Notes: generated by a model from the sequence alone, not told the origin. Shown: positions 53,655 to 64,000, counted from the first letter of the stretch. The stretch: DNA of 64,000 bases from Raillietiella orientalis (GCA_036172245.1 JAYWIR010000002.1:1116001-1180000); one strand, 5' to 3'. Made by a program: numbers and translations.

Positions 53655-54304
53655 ATGGAGCGTTTGATTGTCATATTACTGGTGAGCAGATTTGGTGTGA
53701 GAGTATCGAATGCAACCGACTTTATCGATTGAAATACATGATACGGATTTTGTTTTCAAGTTAGGTACAACAGTATCTTTTCTGACGTGTTTTCGCCAGA
53801 GTCTGTTGACGATGTCGTCTTCATCCATGCATTCAGTGGTTATGGTCACTGCTCCAACTATTGAGACAGGCAAAATGATCGCCAGGTACGTGAAAAAAGC
53901 GCGTCCATTTATTGATGAATAGGGGGTTGGTGGAAAGCAAATTGGCGGCTTGCATAAATCTGGTGCCAACTGTGACATCCATGTACGTAAAGTGTATGAA
54001 AAAAACATTTACATTAGATATTTCAGATATCGGTGGAAAGGTGAAATAAATGAGGACAATGAAGTTCTGATGGTATGAATTTGTGCAAATACTATGTTTT
54101 GAGTATGTTTTAGATAATTAAAACTCGTACTTCTTCTGTGCCAGAGCTTACCACGTTTGTAAAGGAAAAACACCCTTATGATGTAGTTGAAGTAATTGCT
54201 ACACCAGTAAGCATCCAACTAATGCATGCTCTAATTAATTGCTGACTCAGATTACTGATGGAAATGCAGATTATTTGAAATGGGTGGATGCAGAAACCAA
54301 CTGA
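53655..54304 (+). CDS. CUTA: CutA homolog, ~134 aa with hydrophobic N-terminus. Exons 53655-53681, 53761-53885, 53923-53982, 54027-54072, 54114-54206, 54251-54304 (short form could start at ATG 53812)
   Basis: HSVVMVTAPTIETGKMIAR|GLVESKLAACINLVPTVTSI|YRWKGEINEDNEVLM|IIKTRTSSVPELTTFVKEKHPYDVVEVIATP|ITDGNADYLKWV is the classic CutA signature. The first exon (MERLIVILL, GTGAGC donor) is less certain than the core. Confidence 0.93.
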
Positions 54305-54349
54305 TAATTTTATTCAATTGAATACATGAAATAATCATCACAATTTTTC

Positions 54350-56132
54350 TCAAGGTCGTAAATAGAAATTTCCTGCTTGGGTCACATAACGCACACCTTT
54401 AAAAGGTTTGTACCTCTCTCCATACACATCAAGACGATGAACTTTGAGTCCAGATACGGCAAGTTGATTGATGGTAAAATGCACCTAAGAGCAGTTCACT
54501 GTGATTCTTCCTAATATTTAACTTACACGAATACACGGATTTCCATCCAGATTAGAAGCACCAGTTTGTAAGATGATCTATGACAAATAAGCTGAAAAAT
54601 TTCCACATAATCCTTACCAAGCCATGAAGATTAGGGCTGCGACCCAAATCCATTTTGCCAACTTCCCATGTAAGCACATGCGCTGTAGGATCAAAGACAG
54701 ATCGTCCCTGAGTTGATGTTAGAGAACAGCTGAGCACACTTGGTGGATAGCTCATAATGATTTTGACTCCTTCAAGCTAACAGATGGCCATGATTAAAGC
54801 CTACAGCATTCTTACTGCTCGTCCCATTGTTTGCTTGGGTGCTACAGTCAGATCTAGCTTTCCCTCTCCATTATGGAATGTGAGTGAATGGCGCACATAC
54901 AATGGAATGGCCACAGTAGCTTTACTTCCAATGTGGTAATTTAAAAGACGAAAATTTCCATCTGGTGGTACAAAAGATAGTACGCGTTCTGCTGTCCATC
55001 GCCTGAGTCGTACACAAGTATGCAAAGCAACATCATCCATTAACTGGGGATTGATAAATGTCATGAGAAGATCTGGCATGCCACTTAGTTTGACACAGCA
55101 GTCAATCTAGCAGAGACATTAAATGCAAGCTTTGACATTATGTTCAGTCTCTTTACATGGCCAAAAATATCTGAAGACACTGTAGTACCAGTACGATCTA
55201 ATATAGCATCTATTTCTTCTACTACATCAAAATAGGCTTCATTATTTGTGTAGCGCACACCTGCTTTTCTCCAAGGAACATTTGATAATTGTCCTGTGGG
55301 CAGTGTTGTGCTTACACTATACTCACAAATCAAATAATCCAATCGAAAAAACTCACTTGGATTTTCCTGTAACTGTATTTGCAATAGTCCGTAGAAAAGT
55401 AGGTGGCTTAATGAGTTCTTGGAGAACATTAGATTGGGTAGCCAATGGAAATCCTGTATCTAACATCTCATGAAGTAACTGTTTAAACAATATTAATCAG
55501 AAATGCTTTCTGATACTAACCTCATAAACAACTACTAAGTTCTCCCTAATTGTTGATTCACTGCATTCTCCAAAGTATTCTTGGAATGTATGGGCAATCA
55601 AATGAAGAAATTCAATTACAAATAATGGAGGAACTTACAGAAGATTCCAAAAATGTGATAACCAAACTTATGTTGACTATACCTTCTTGGAGTATAACTG
55701 CTACGAAATATACACCATTTTCCAAGACATTTATTAAATAATGATGAGGAGTGCTGATTATAACAGGGACATTTTTTAAATTATTAGCTTTCTTTTGTTC
55801 CTCCAAAAAATCATCACAGGCCGACTTCGGTATGATACTTTTCCAATGCTTCTCAAGAAAAATTTCCCTTCAAAAAGATTCAACTCAATTCCAACTGTAA
55901 TAAATGTGTGGTGTTTCTGTATCAAAATTGTAAAGAATTTGACACATTAATATCGAATTTATGAATAGCATTCATAAGTTCGATACAACAGCACTCGTTT
56001 TAGTGTCACTGCAACAGATCAAGGGCAATGACATGCAATCCAAAATTCCAAAGCTTTGCAATCATGACTCATAACTCTAAAACCATACATAACTTACCCA
56101 TAAGAATTAATGAAAAACAAACTATCAATCAT
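54350..56132 (-). CDS. AP3M1: AP-3 adaptor complex medium (mu3) subunit, ~416 aa. Exons 56132-56098, 55867-55683, 55633-55521, 55478-55357, 55316-55157, 55106-54816, 54776-54618, 54577-54527, 54484-54350
   Basis: MIDSLFFINSYG|EIFLEKHWKS, VPPLFVIEFLH, EMLDTGFPLAT...ELIKPP, TLPTGQLSNVPWRKAGVRYTNNEAYFDVVEEIDAI, LSGMPDL, LSFVPPDGNFRL, SGLKVHRLDVYGERYKPFKGVRYVTQAG. Exon sum 1251 nt in frame; eight GT-AG introns. Confidence 0.97.
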
Positions 56133-57061
56133 ATTATCCTATTTCGTAACGCTCTTTGATTCCTGAATTCTTGCAAAACCCCTGCACCGTTTCACGTGCG
56201 ATTAGAGTACATCTGATGTGCAAGAAACTTTGCTGGAGTCCCAATCATACTAAAGATTACGTTTCACGTAAGACACAAATTTTTAGTCACCGTGACGACT
56301 AATTTTGACAAGTGCTATGCTGGAAATAGTGGAATTTAAGATGCCCAGCGTCAACTGTGTAGATAGGGATAAGCAGTTATTTTATACAAACATATATGAT
56401 TCATTACGGCTAGATCGAAATGCATGATGCAGAGAAAAGTAAAATATTTTTCTCATAAAAACTAAAATACATGTGATGCGAGATCTTGCTGTGACAAGAT
56501 CTCTACCTGCATTTCCGAATAGTTTTAACACTTCAGTAAATGGCAAATACAAAGTTAAAGTTCATTTGAAACCATCTTTAGATTTATGTCAAGAGTAAGA
56601 GTAATCATCCAACCTAATGTAACACTGTCAAACAATTACAAAGCAGCTTCAGTAAAGTGCAGTTACTTTGCGCTACTGGTTCTATTTTAGCACATTATAC
56701 ATTAATAATAATTCTTTAAATAACGAAACGGTGTTTTGTTTTGGATAGCGTGAAACTATGAAGAATAGAAAGATAGCTGCCACGGTATTTTCACTTTAGA
56801 AATGCAAAATATGGCCTTGATCTGTTCTCTTCAATCGTATAAGAGCCTTATCTAAAGAAATTTGAAAACATGGTAAAAATACCAGTATACTGTTTGAATT
56901 AGAATAAGGAATACTTCACCACCCTATATTGGCACAACTATTTGACGGCAAAATTTATGAAGGTAAGGACCTTCTACCTACGTATTCTTCCCACTTAGCT
57001 AAACATAAAATACTCCCACACTTCCAACATTGTCCCCAGGTCCGACAAGCGGTGGGGTGAA

Positions 57062-59190
57062 TTTATTTAAAAACAAACTTTAAACATTGAACAAACAGCT
57101 GAAAGTTTTTCATGTCTTTTTGATCTTTTCACCGTTTCCAACTGGACTGGTTTTTCAACTATTCCTTTCACTGAACTTTCCCTCTAGTTTCTCACTTTTT
57201 CCTTTCTGGTTAGGCAGAGCGGGGAAATGTTCCTTTTGCCTGGGCGTATTCGTCCATCTTCAGGAGGATGTAGAGGTACGTCCAGGCTGGGACCCTTCCG
57301 CAGTTCCTGATCCCGATCTCTTTCATTAGTAGTTCTTTCAGGATCTTCCATGCCGGTATTCTTCGTCCGGATGTGTGTATCTTTGCCCTTCTGATCACAA
57401 TCACTGTGATGAAGAGGGCAAGCGTGGTAAGTACCATCGGGTTGTACAAGGAAACGATACTTCCAACACCTCCTTTCATATATTTCATCAATATATGATC
57501 AACTTACAGATTTTATGATACATATTCATTCGTCTGCAACAATTTCCACCCGTAGTGATAGTGTTGGGGTGTACTTACAATAATGTACTGAAACACCTCA
57601 AAATAATTTGGGAAATTCTCAATCTGCAAAAATATGTAAATCGCACAAGAATGAAAGTTATACATCTGAGTCACATAAAGTTTCCATTCCATTTGGATAA
57701 TGGAACTATATCCAGGTTCCTCTAATCAGTATGATTTTGAATATGTCTAAAATGGTAAATAGAATCTGTATTCAATCACTCAGTATGTCACATTGCTTGC
57801 TGAATTATTTAATTAACATCTGGTTAAGATCCACAAAAGTATCGTTTTTTGTCAAGTGATGGGTATGTAGAATTGATATAATATCTTAAATTTCACAACA
57901 AATTATTGATTTTCTTTTTTTTTGGAAGAGGAAGGGATAAAATTCCGATTTAAAGAATCTTTTGTTGATCCTTTCAGCCAGTATTCTACAGTAAGAATGA
58001 AAAGCATTTACAGAATATCAAGAAGTATGATATCGTGTAAATTCTTTTCATTCTACGTCATGATTAATGTTATCAGTAAAGATTCAGTTAATCTGCGAAA
58101 CTATGAAAGCAATTTTTATTCATTCAAGAAATTGAATTAATGAAAAACATACATAATGTTTGATATTCGGCGGCTTCAAGGGCGTAATAAAATTTCCGGG
58201 AAACGACTGACAAACTCCATGAATTATACAAACCTGATGAGATGAGTGAAAACGGCAATCGCTGCTTGCAACGATTTTGTATTTGTAGAATCAGTTATTT
58301 GGCCAAATATCAACATAAATTAAGGTCAATATAATTATTCAATTATGGTAGTAAACAGCCGTGTACTAATCACAGTTGTATTTCGATTTCGATTGTTTTT
58401 GGAACCGTTGCGGAAATTCCTCAAAGAATCCTGCCACATAAATTTCACCTGTTTGTTATAAAAGTCTAAGGATCGAGATTAACTGCGATCCCTTTTCAAG
58501 ATCACTGCTAACTAAATGAGCAATAACTGAAAAAGGTTAGAATAAGCAAAGCAATTTAATATTTTATCATCAAAAAACTCAAAGATATAAAGGAACACAA
58601 TATCAGAGTGATATTTAAAATTGAAGTTTTTTAGAATTTTGCTTATGTTAATATTCAAAGAACTTTAGATGATAATGGTTTTCAATTTTATTAAATCTCT
58701 TTGCTTTTTGATAAAATTTACATCGATGCGTTTCTAGGTCCAACGTGTGAAAAATTCAAAGTAAACGAATTTTTTTTTGAAAATGATTTATTTTATAAAT
58801 GCTGAAGAACGGTACTTTTATGCATCCGATAGAAACTCAACCCCTGTGGCAGTCGATGCAATATTTTCCTTTTCGTTTCTTATCTGTATGTGTATAATTG
58901 TATGATATCCTAATACGTATTTTATTTAGCGTACATAAAACCCAGCAGTGGATCTTACACACTTTTTTTGGCAAAGATTTTATAAATTTATGTAATTTCA
59001 ATGGTTAGCGTCATTAAAAAAAAAAAAAGCCCTTGAATAGATAATCTGCTTGGTGATTCCAAGCGAAGTTTTCGGTTTCCAGTGCTGTGTACTCCTGGAG
59101 AAAGGCTTGGACTTACCTGGGTGGTGTAGCCTGTGTCACGTGAATCTGTAAATCTTGGCGTGAAGCATACAAAGTAGACGTATTATACTT
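57062..59190 (-). other. Candidate spliced, polyadenylated orphan transcript (small membrane protein or lncRNA)
   Basis: Perfect GTAAGT donors at 59116, 57578 and 57507; TTGCAG acceptors ending at 57624 and 57534; a 45-nt intron matching local sizes; last exon contains ORF 57210..57491 with hydrophobic MVLTTLALFITVIVI; AATAAA at 57067-57062. 5' end approximate. Confidence 0.4.
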
Positions 59191-59293
59191 TTAACATAAT
59201 AAGCAGTAAGGATCTTTTTCAAAGCTGGCTTGAATAGTAATAGGTGTATGATTTATTTTAACTAGTCTTGAATGATTTCTTTATGAATTCAAT

Positions 59294-60220
59294 ATGGCTT
59301 GCAAAACAGAATCTGGTTGCCGAACATCTCAGAATACGATCAAGGTTCGTGAAGGTAAAGATACAGTTAAATAGATTTGCAATCGTTTGAAATCAAGTGG
59401 ATACGAAATGGTTTCGAGAACCACTTAATTTAGGGAAGTGAAATTCTTTTGAAAAGTGTTTATATAGTTGTCTTTGAAAAGATTGGGTTAGAATAAGCAA
59501 CCCTTTGGAGTGATCTGTGTTTGATTCACTCATTAACCTTAAGCACGTTATATTATTCAATCATGAGCTGATATATTAAGTCACATTTTAACATCGTTCA
59601 CTGTATCATGGAACTCTAAACTACAGTGTAACAAAACATCCACACTACAGTGAATAAAATGTGCTTGACAAATATTACATTATATCAAGTAGTTTGTATA
59701 TTTTTACATTTGTTTTATTTACTGTGCACTAATGTGTGCATTGGTGATTACACTGATACGGCATCAGATAAGACTCATATAAGTCGGGTTTTATATTTGA
59801 GTGCAATTCCAGTTATTAAATTTACTTAGTATATATGTGTAACCAAAACAAATGGATACTTTGGAATCTTAAAAATGTTTTTTTAAAACAGTTGGGTACT
59901 CAGAAGTATCATGTGACAAAAATAACAGAAAGCATGTTAGTGTAGGTTTGGGAGATTTTAAGTTCAAATGTGTTTTACTGCTTCCTATTGTGTAAATGTG
60001 TTTTCAGTTTAGTTGTACAAATGTTTCAAAACTTTGCTTTGTTTGCATTATAGATGGAAAAACTCAGGAGTATATAGCTCGTCAACTAGAAGCTCTGGAA
60101 TGTTTGAAAAAAAGTGTTTCCAGAAATCAGAGTAAAATTGAAACTTTAAAAGCTGATGTATGTTCTAAACAGCGAGAACTGTTTCAACTGTACCATAAGC
60201 AGCAATTAGAAAGAACCTAG
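59294..60220 (+). CDS. Candidate 75-aa coiled-coil microprotein. Exons 59294-59354 and 60054-60220
   Basis: GAAG|GTAAAG donor and TTATAG acceptor join in phase to give MACKTESGCRTSQNTIKVRED-GKTQEYIARQLEALECLKKSVSRNQSKIETLKADVCSKQRELFQLYHKQQLERT*, with heptad-like L/I/V spacing. No family recognised. Confidence 0.4.
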
Positions 60221-61989
60221 TTAATAAGAGGAGTAACTTTCATTAATTGCTTTGTTACTGCTTTTAAATTGGTATTTTTCTTTTGACAGCATTGGAGTTT
60301 GTTAATCATTTAAGTGTAATTTATTTTATTTGTCTTTATTCACATGCACAATCTGTTACATTCCGTCCATTTTTCATGTTTTATTCTTCTTCTTCAAAAC
60401 TTATCTTAGAATTTCATTTCAAGGAAAAAAATGCAACAACAAAGTGGTTTTTCATTGAACTTTGACATGAGTTTGCTCATATCAGTTTCTCTTATCATTA
60501 AGAAAGCAAGTTTTTGCCTGTAGAGGAATGATTCTGTGACTGAAGTGGTGGATAGCTAAGAAAACTTTTATATGCACTTAAGTGGACCTAAAGTTAATAT
60601 ATGCATAAAAGGTGCTCTGATGTTGATTTTGAAGTTCCTAGCAGATGTTTTGGTATCTCTTGAACTTACTCCAAAATCTGCAAGGATGAGAGCTTTGTGG
60701 ACCCATCTTGTGGTGACTGATGCAGGAAGCAGATGTTTGAAATACAGCTTGGTTTATTAATTTCGGCCATTTTATTCTGCAGGAGGATTGGATCCTTTTG
60801 ATGAGCTGATTTGTTTAGTTTTATGGATTTACAGCCTATGAGACAGGATGCACCTGACTCATAGTGAAGTCAAACTCTCCAAAATACTTTGATTCTTCAT
60901 CATTTTAAAAGTAGCATTTTTTCTAGAGCATACATTCATTTATTACTTAAATTAAAGCAAGAGGTATTATGAATTTTCGCATTAAGCAAACTCATTGCTC
61001 TCATTTCTTCTAAAAATTTAATGTTATCAGAACATTAAAACATTTGCTATATAAAAAACACTACATATAAGTTGCAGTATTGCCGTATTGAGATTTTTTT
61101 GATGACCCATGTTGTTACAATTGAAAATTCTGGAAGTTCCATATTTGAGGATTGATGGCTCAAACGTTCATCAAAGTGTTCGTGAATGTTTTGAAGACAT
61201 CATCGACTTTTATATTTTTAGTGTCTCTGACAAAAAAAAAAGTATCGGATAGCAAAGGAAATACGCTTTCTTCAGAATTGAAGGATTTTGGTTTCCCTTT
61301 TTTTTTTTGAGCCATGAATCCAATAGGGAGGATCATGTTACGATGTAGCAGATTTGCAACATGGTAGGAATCGGGAAGTGAAACGGTAAATGCATGCAAC
61401 GTTAGATATCATAGATAGTACTGCATAGCCAAAAAAATCACGGAAACTGCGAATGGTCTATCATCCGAGAGATAATAAAATAATAGGATGCTTATTCAAA
61501 TGTCACTCATGTAAAAGGAAATTTTAATAATAAACTAAAGAAAAATGACAGAAGAAGAAAGGTTGGAGAGGTTATTTATTCGGAAAAATACTTACCCACC
61601 CCCGCGGAGGTCCGTTTTGTGTGTGCCTTCGCTTCCTTGCAAGAGTCGCTGAAGCTGGCCAGCCAACCTCGTCCTCAGGAACATCGCGACCACCCTCTCA
61701 TCGAGCGAACGACGATCGTCCCGGGAGCCACCCTTCCTCCCGAGGACTCTCCCGGATGCAGGACCGTATCGCCCTTTCCTCCCCGCCCGAAATTCCGAGT
61801 TGCACTTGGCGTGCCAAGTGGAGGGGTGTGAGAAGTCACTACCCTTGCCTGCCCAACCTTGGAATCTTCCGTTTGCGACCCCCCTGCATCGCAGGCCGTT
61901 CGGTGGCCCCTGTGAACAGACAGATTTGCGCTCCCATTGACTCCTCTATTTGATGTTACTGAAATTTTTATATAAATAAACTATTTAGT

Positions 61990-62402
61990 TTATTGAACTA
62001 TTGCATATAGTAATTTAACAGGTTTTGATAAAATCTGGAAGGTTTTTTCAGCCCATTCATAAAGCGGTTCACCTCTATGACCATTGGCATATAATGTCAT
62101 AACTACTTCACCAGCTTCAACTTTTCCACCATTTTTTCTATTTGGATAAATTCCTATCATCTGACCAATTGCCTCCCTCTTCTTTTGTATTTCTGTTAGC
62201 AAATAAACGAACTGCTAACAATCCAAATTCATTAGTTCATTAGTATTTAATAGTTGTATTTAGACATTACGTGTTGTTTTAGCTTGAAGTTTTCAGTTCT
62301 CTTTTTGGTATTCAACATGAAATCAAGATTATCCATAGGATCTATCAAAGATAAATCTCCATCCTGTTCTTTGAGAAAGTGCATTAAATATTCTAGTGCT
62401 CT
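61990..62402 (-). pseudogene. Frameshifted C-terminal fragment of a bacterial-type pyrimidine-nucleoside/thymidine phosphorylase (pdp/deoA-like)
   Basis: Successive frames give RALEYLMHFLKEQDGDLSLID, AKTTRNV, TNEFGLLAVRLFANRNTKEE and EAIGQMIGIYPNRKNGGKVEAGEVVMTLYAN...ILSKPVKLLYAIVQ*. These are collinear with the remembered Pdp consensus GKALEKFKxFxxxQGGDxSxID / AKxSGYV / IGxxAMxLGAGRxTKED / IDxxVGIxLNKKxGDKVExGExLxTxYxN. AT-rich and intronless. Confidence 0.75.
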
Positions 62403-62409
62403 ATATATT

Positions 62410-64000
62410 TCTAATGCTGTGTGGCTCTGAGGACTTCTTTAGATGTTTTCAAAATGACCTAACAAATTGTCATCAAACAAATTGATCTTCCTGGCAATCA
62501 TTGTCTTATCAGGGTGCCAATTTTCTTCAATGGCTTGTGGAGCAAACGGAGAACAGTTCTTTGAGGTCAGAATTGAAAATGCATCCGTCGGCGTCCTCCT
62601 CTTCCAAAAAGGTTTCTTCTTCCACGTCTTTTTGTTGTTGATCGTGATGATGTTGAAGTCGTTCCGTGTCGAGTTCGGTATTGTGATCATCTATTAATTT
62701 CCTGTACATCCTCACCTGGAATCCCATATCTCTACCCAAACACACAATTCCATTTTCGACAGACTGTTCTTCAGAACTCTCTATTTCTCTGACTGAAATG
62801 CAATCTGGTCAGAGTTTTTTGCAAGCAAAAAATTCCATTGCTTCTATACCATAACGATGATCCTTAAGCGACGGAGGATGCTGTAATGCTCCTTTCGAAA
62901 TTCCTTAAAAGTGAGTTCTGTGTCACTGGTTATTTTCAGAGCATTTTTGAAACATGGCCTTTGTGTACAGGTTTTTCAAGTATGAAATGGCTTGCTGGTC
63001 CATGAGCTGAACGAGAGAAGTGGTATTGGCCAGCAACAACTTCATCTTGATCAAACTAGATTCATCCATTGAATGTTGTTCTAAAATTGGAGGATGAGCA
63101 GGAGCGTTGTCCCTCAGTCGAAGAACTTTTAAGAGTGGATTTCTTTCAGTGAGATGAAGCACTTTCTGCAGGAGGAAATTTTTCATGAATCCGCTCTGTG
63201 GAAAACTGTCGGTTAACTCACGCCTTCGGGTTGGCCGTCCACGTAACTTCCAAGCTGCTCTTTATTACACCTTCCTTTGAAACGTGCGTGGATTTTCAGA
63301 ATAGCGAACGAGCAAAGGCTTTATCTTGCAATCCCCACTAGCATTACCACAAAGAAATAAGGTGAACCGATCTTTCATCTAGGTTTCTGCCCCTGTGACG
63401 TCTTTTCTTCTTTTGTAATATACGTCCTCTTGGGCATTCCTTTCCAAATAAGACCTGCTTGATCACGATTCAAATCTTGTTGAGATGCAAGTCCTCCACT
63501 GTATAGAAACTGCTTAAATCCTCTTCCAAAATTGTTGGCTTTCTCTACGTGGGCACTCGCAGCTTCGCAACGCATCACAGCGCTGTTCATCGCAGTTCCT
63601 TTTTGGAATTGATCGAACCAGCCCGCACTTCCTTTAAACTCCTCATTTTCAGTACCGGTTTCAAGTGTGCGTTTCTTGAGTTCACTATGCAGATCCTTGG
63701 CTTCCTCACAACTGATTCTCTAGGTGATGATGTCACCAGCTATTCTCTTCTCATGTATCCACACCAGAAGGCGTTTCTTCATCTCTTCAATAACATGTGA
63801 TCTCCTGGAGGTCAACCGTGCCGCACCTTCATCCACATCCACTGCTCTTATTGCCTCCTTATTCTTGAGAATGTTTATCTTATCGTTGACTTTGGCATTT
63901 TCAACATCGCTAAACATTTGAAACAAACGTGTACCACTTTCTTGTTTTAAAGTGATTTCTTTTTTCACCCCAATTGCCGCTGCTGCAAACTTTCTTTGAC
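62410..64000 (-). mobile_element. Decayed Tigger/pogo-family (TIGD1-like) DNA transposon, truncated by the window edge
   Basis: HTH/CENP-B-like IEEMKKRLLVWIHEKRIAGD, NRDQAGLIWKGMPKRTYITKEEK (decayed NCDETGLFWK), DNAPAHP...NTTSLVQLMDQ (36 residues between the last two Asp), acidic tail and ENWHPDK...NLFDDNLLGHF. Several frameshifts and stops; no TIR identified. Confidence 0.93.

Noticed and set aside
61588-61600. ATACTTACC (and ACTTACCTGG at 59111) resembling the U1 snRNA 5' end
   Set aside because: No U1 stem-loops or Sm site follow; better read as minus-strand splice donors.
1-64000. CRISPR array, bacterial operon or defence system
   Set aside because: No regularly spaced repeats, and the genes carry spliceosomal introns; the only bacterial-like sequence is the decayed fragment at 61990-62402.

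Overview
Eukaryotic (animal, most likely arthropod) genomic DNA in three parts. (1) About 1-36 kb is GC- and CpG-rich, full of purine/pyrimidine tracts, and has no protein I can recognise; the ORFs there look like chance ORFs and it is probably intronic or regulatory DNA of a large gene. (2) About 37.6-40.1 kb holds an intron-containing tRNA-Tyr(GTA) enclosed by a ~295-bp inverted repeat with a 264-bp identical core. (3) About 40-64 kb is AT-rich and carries five compact housekeeping genes whose exon-intron structures I rebuilt by hand: TRIM37 (+), MRM1-like (-), MED19 (-), CutA (+) and AP-3 mu (-). It also has two candidate orphan spliced genes, a decayed bacterial-type pyrimidine-nucleoside/thymidine phosphorylase fragment and a decayed Tigger/pogo transposase running off the right edge. 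Main leads: 19 of 24 introns are only 37-50 nt; MRM1 appears to have no promoter of its own and may be co-transcribed with MED19; YAG acceptor-like sites sit just before the start codons; convergent gene pairs have stop codons 45 and 85 bp apart; and the bacterial-type relic directly abuts the transposase end. All protein identifications come from remembered motifs, not database searches.
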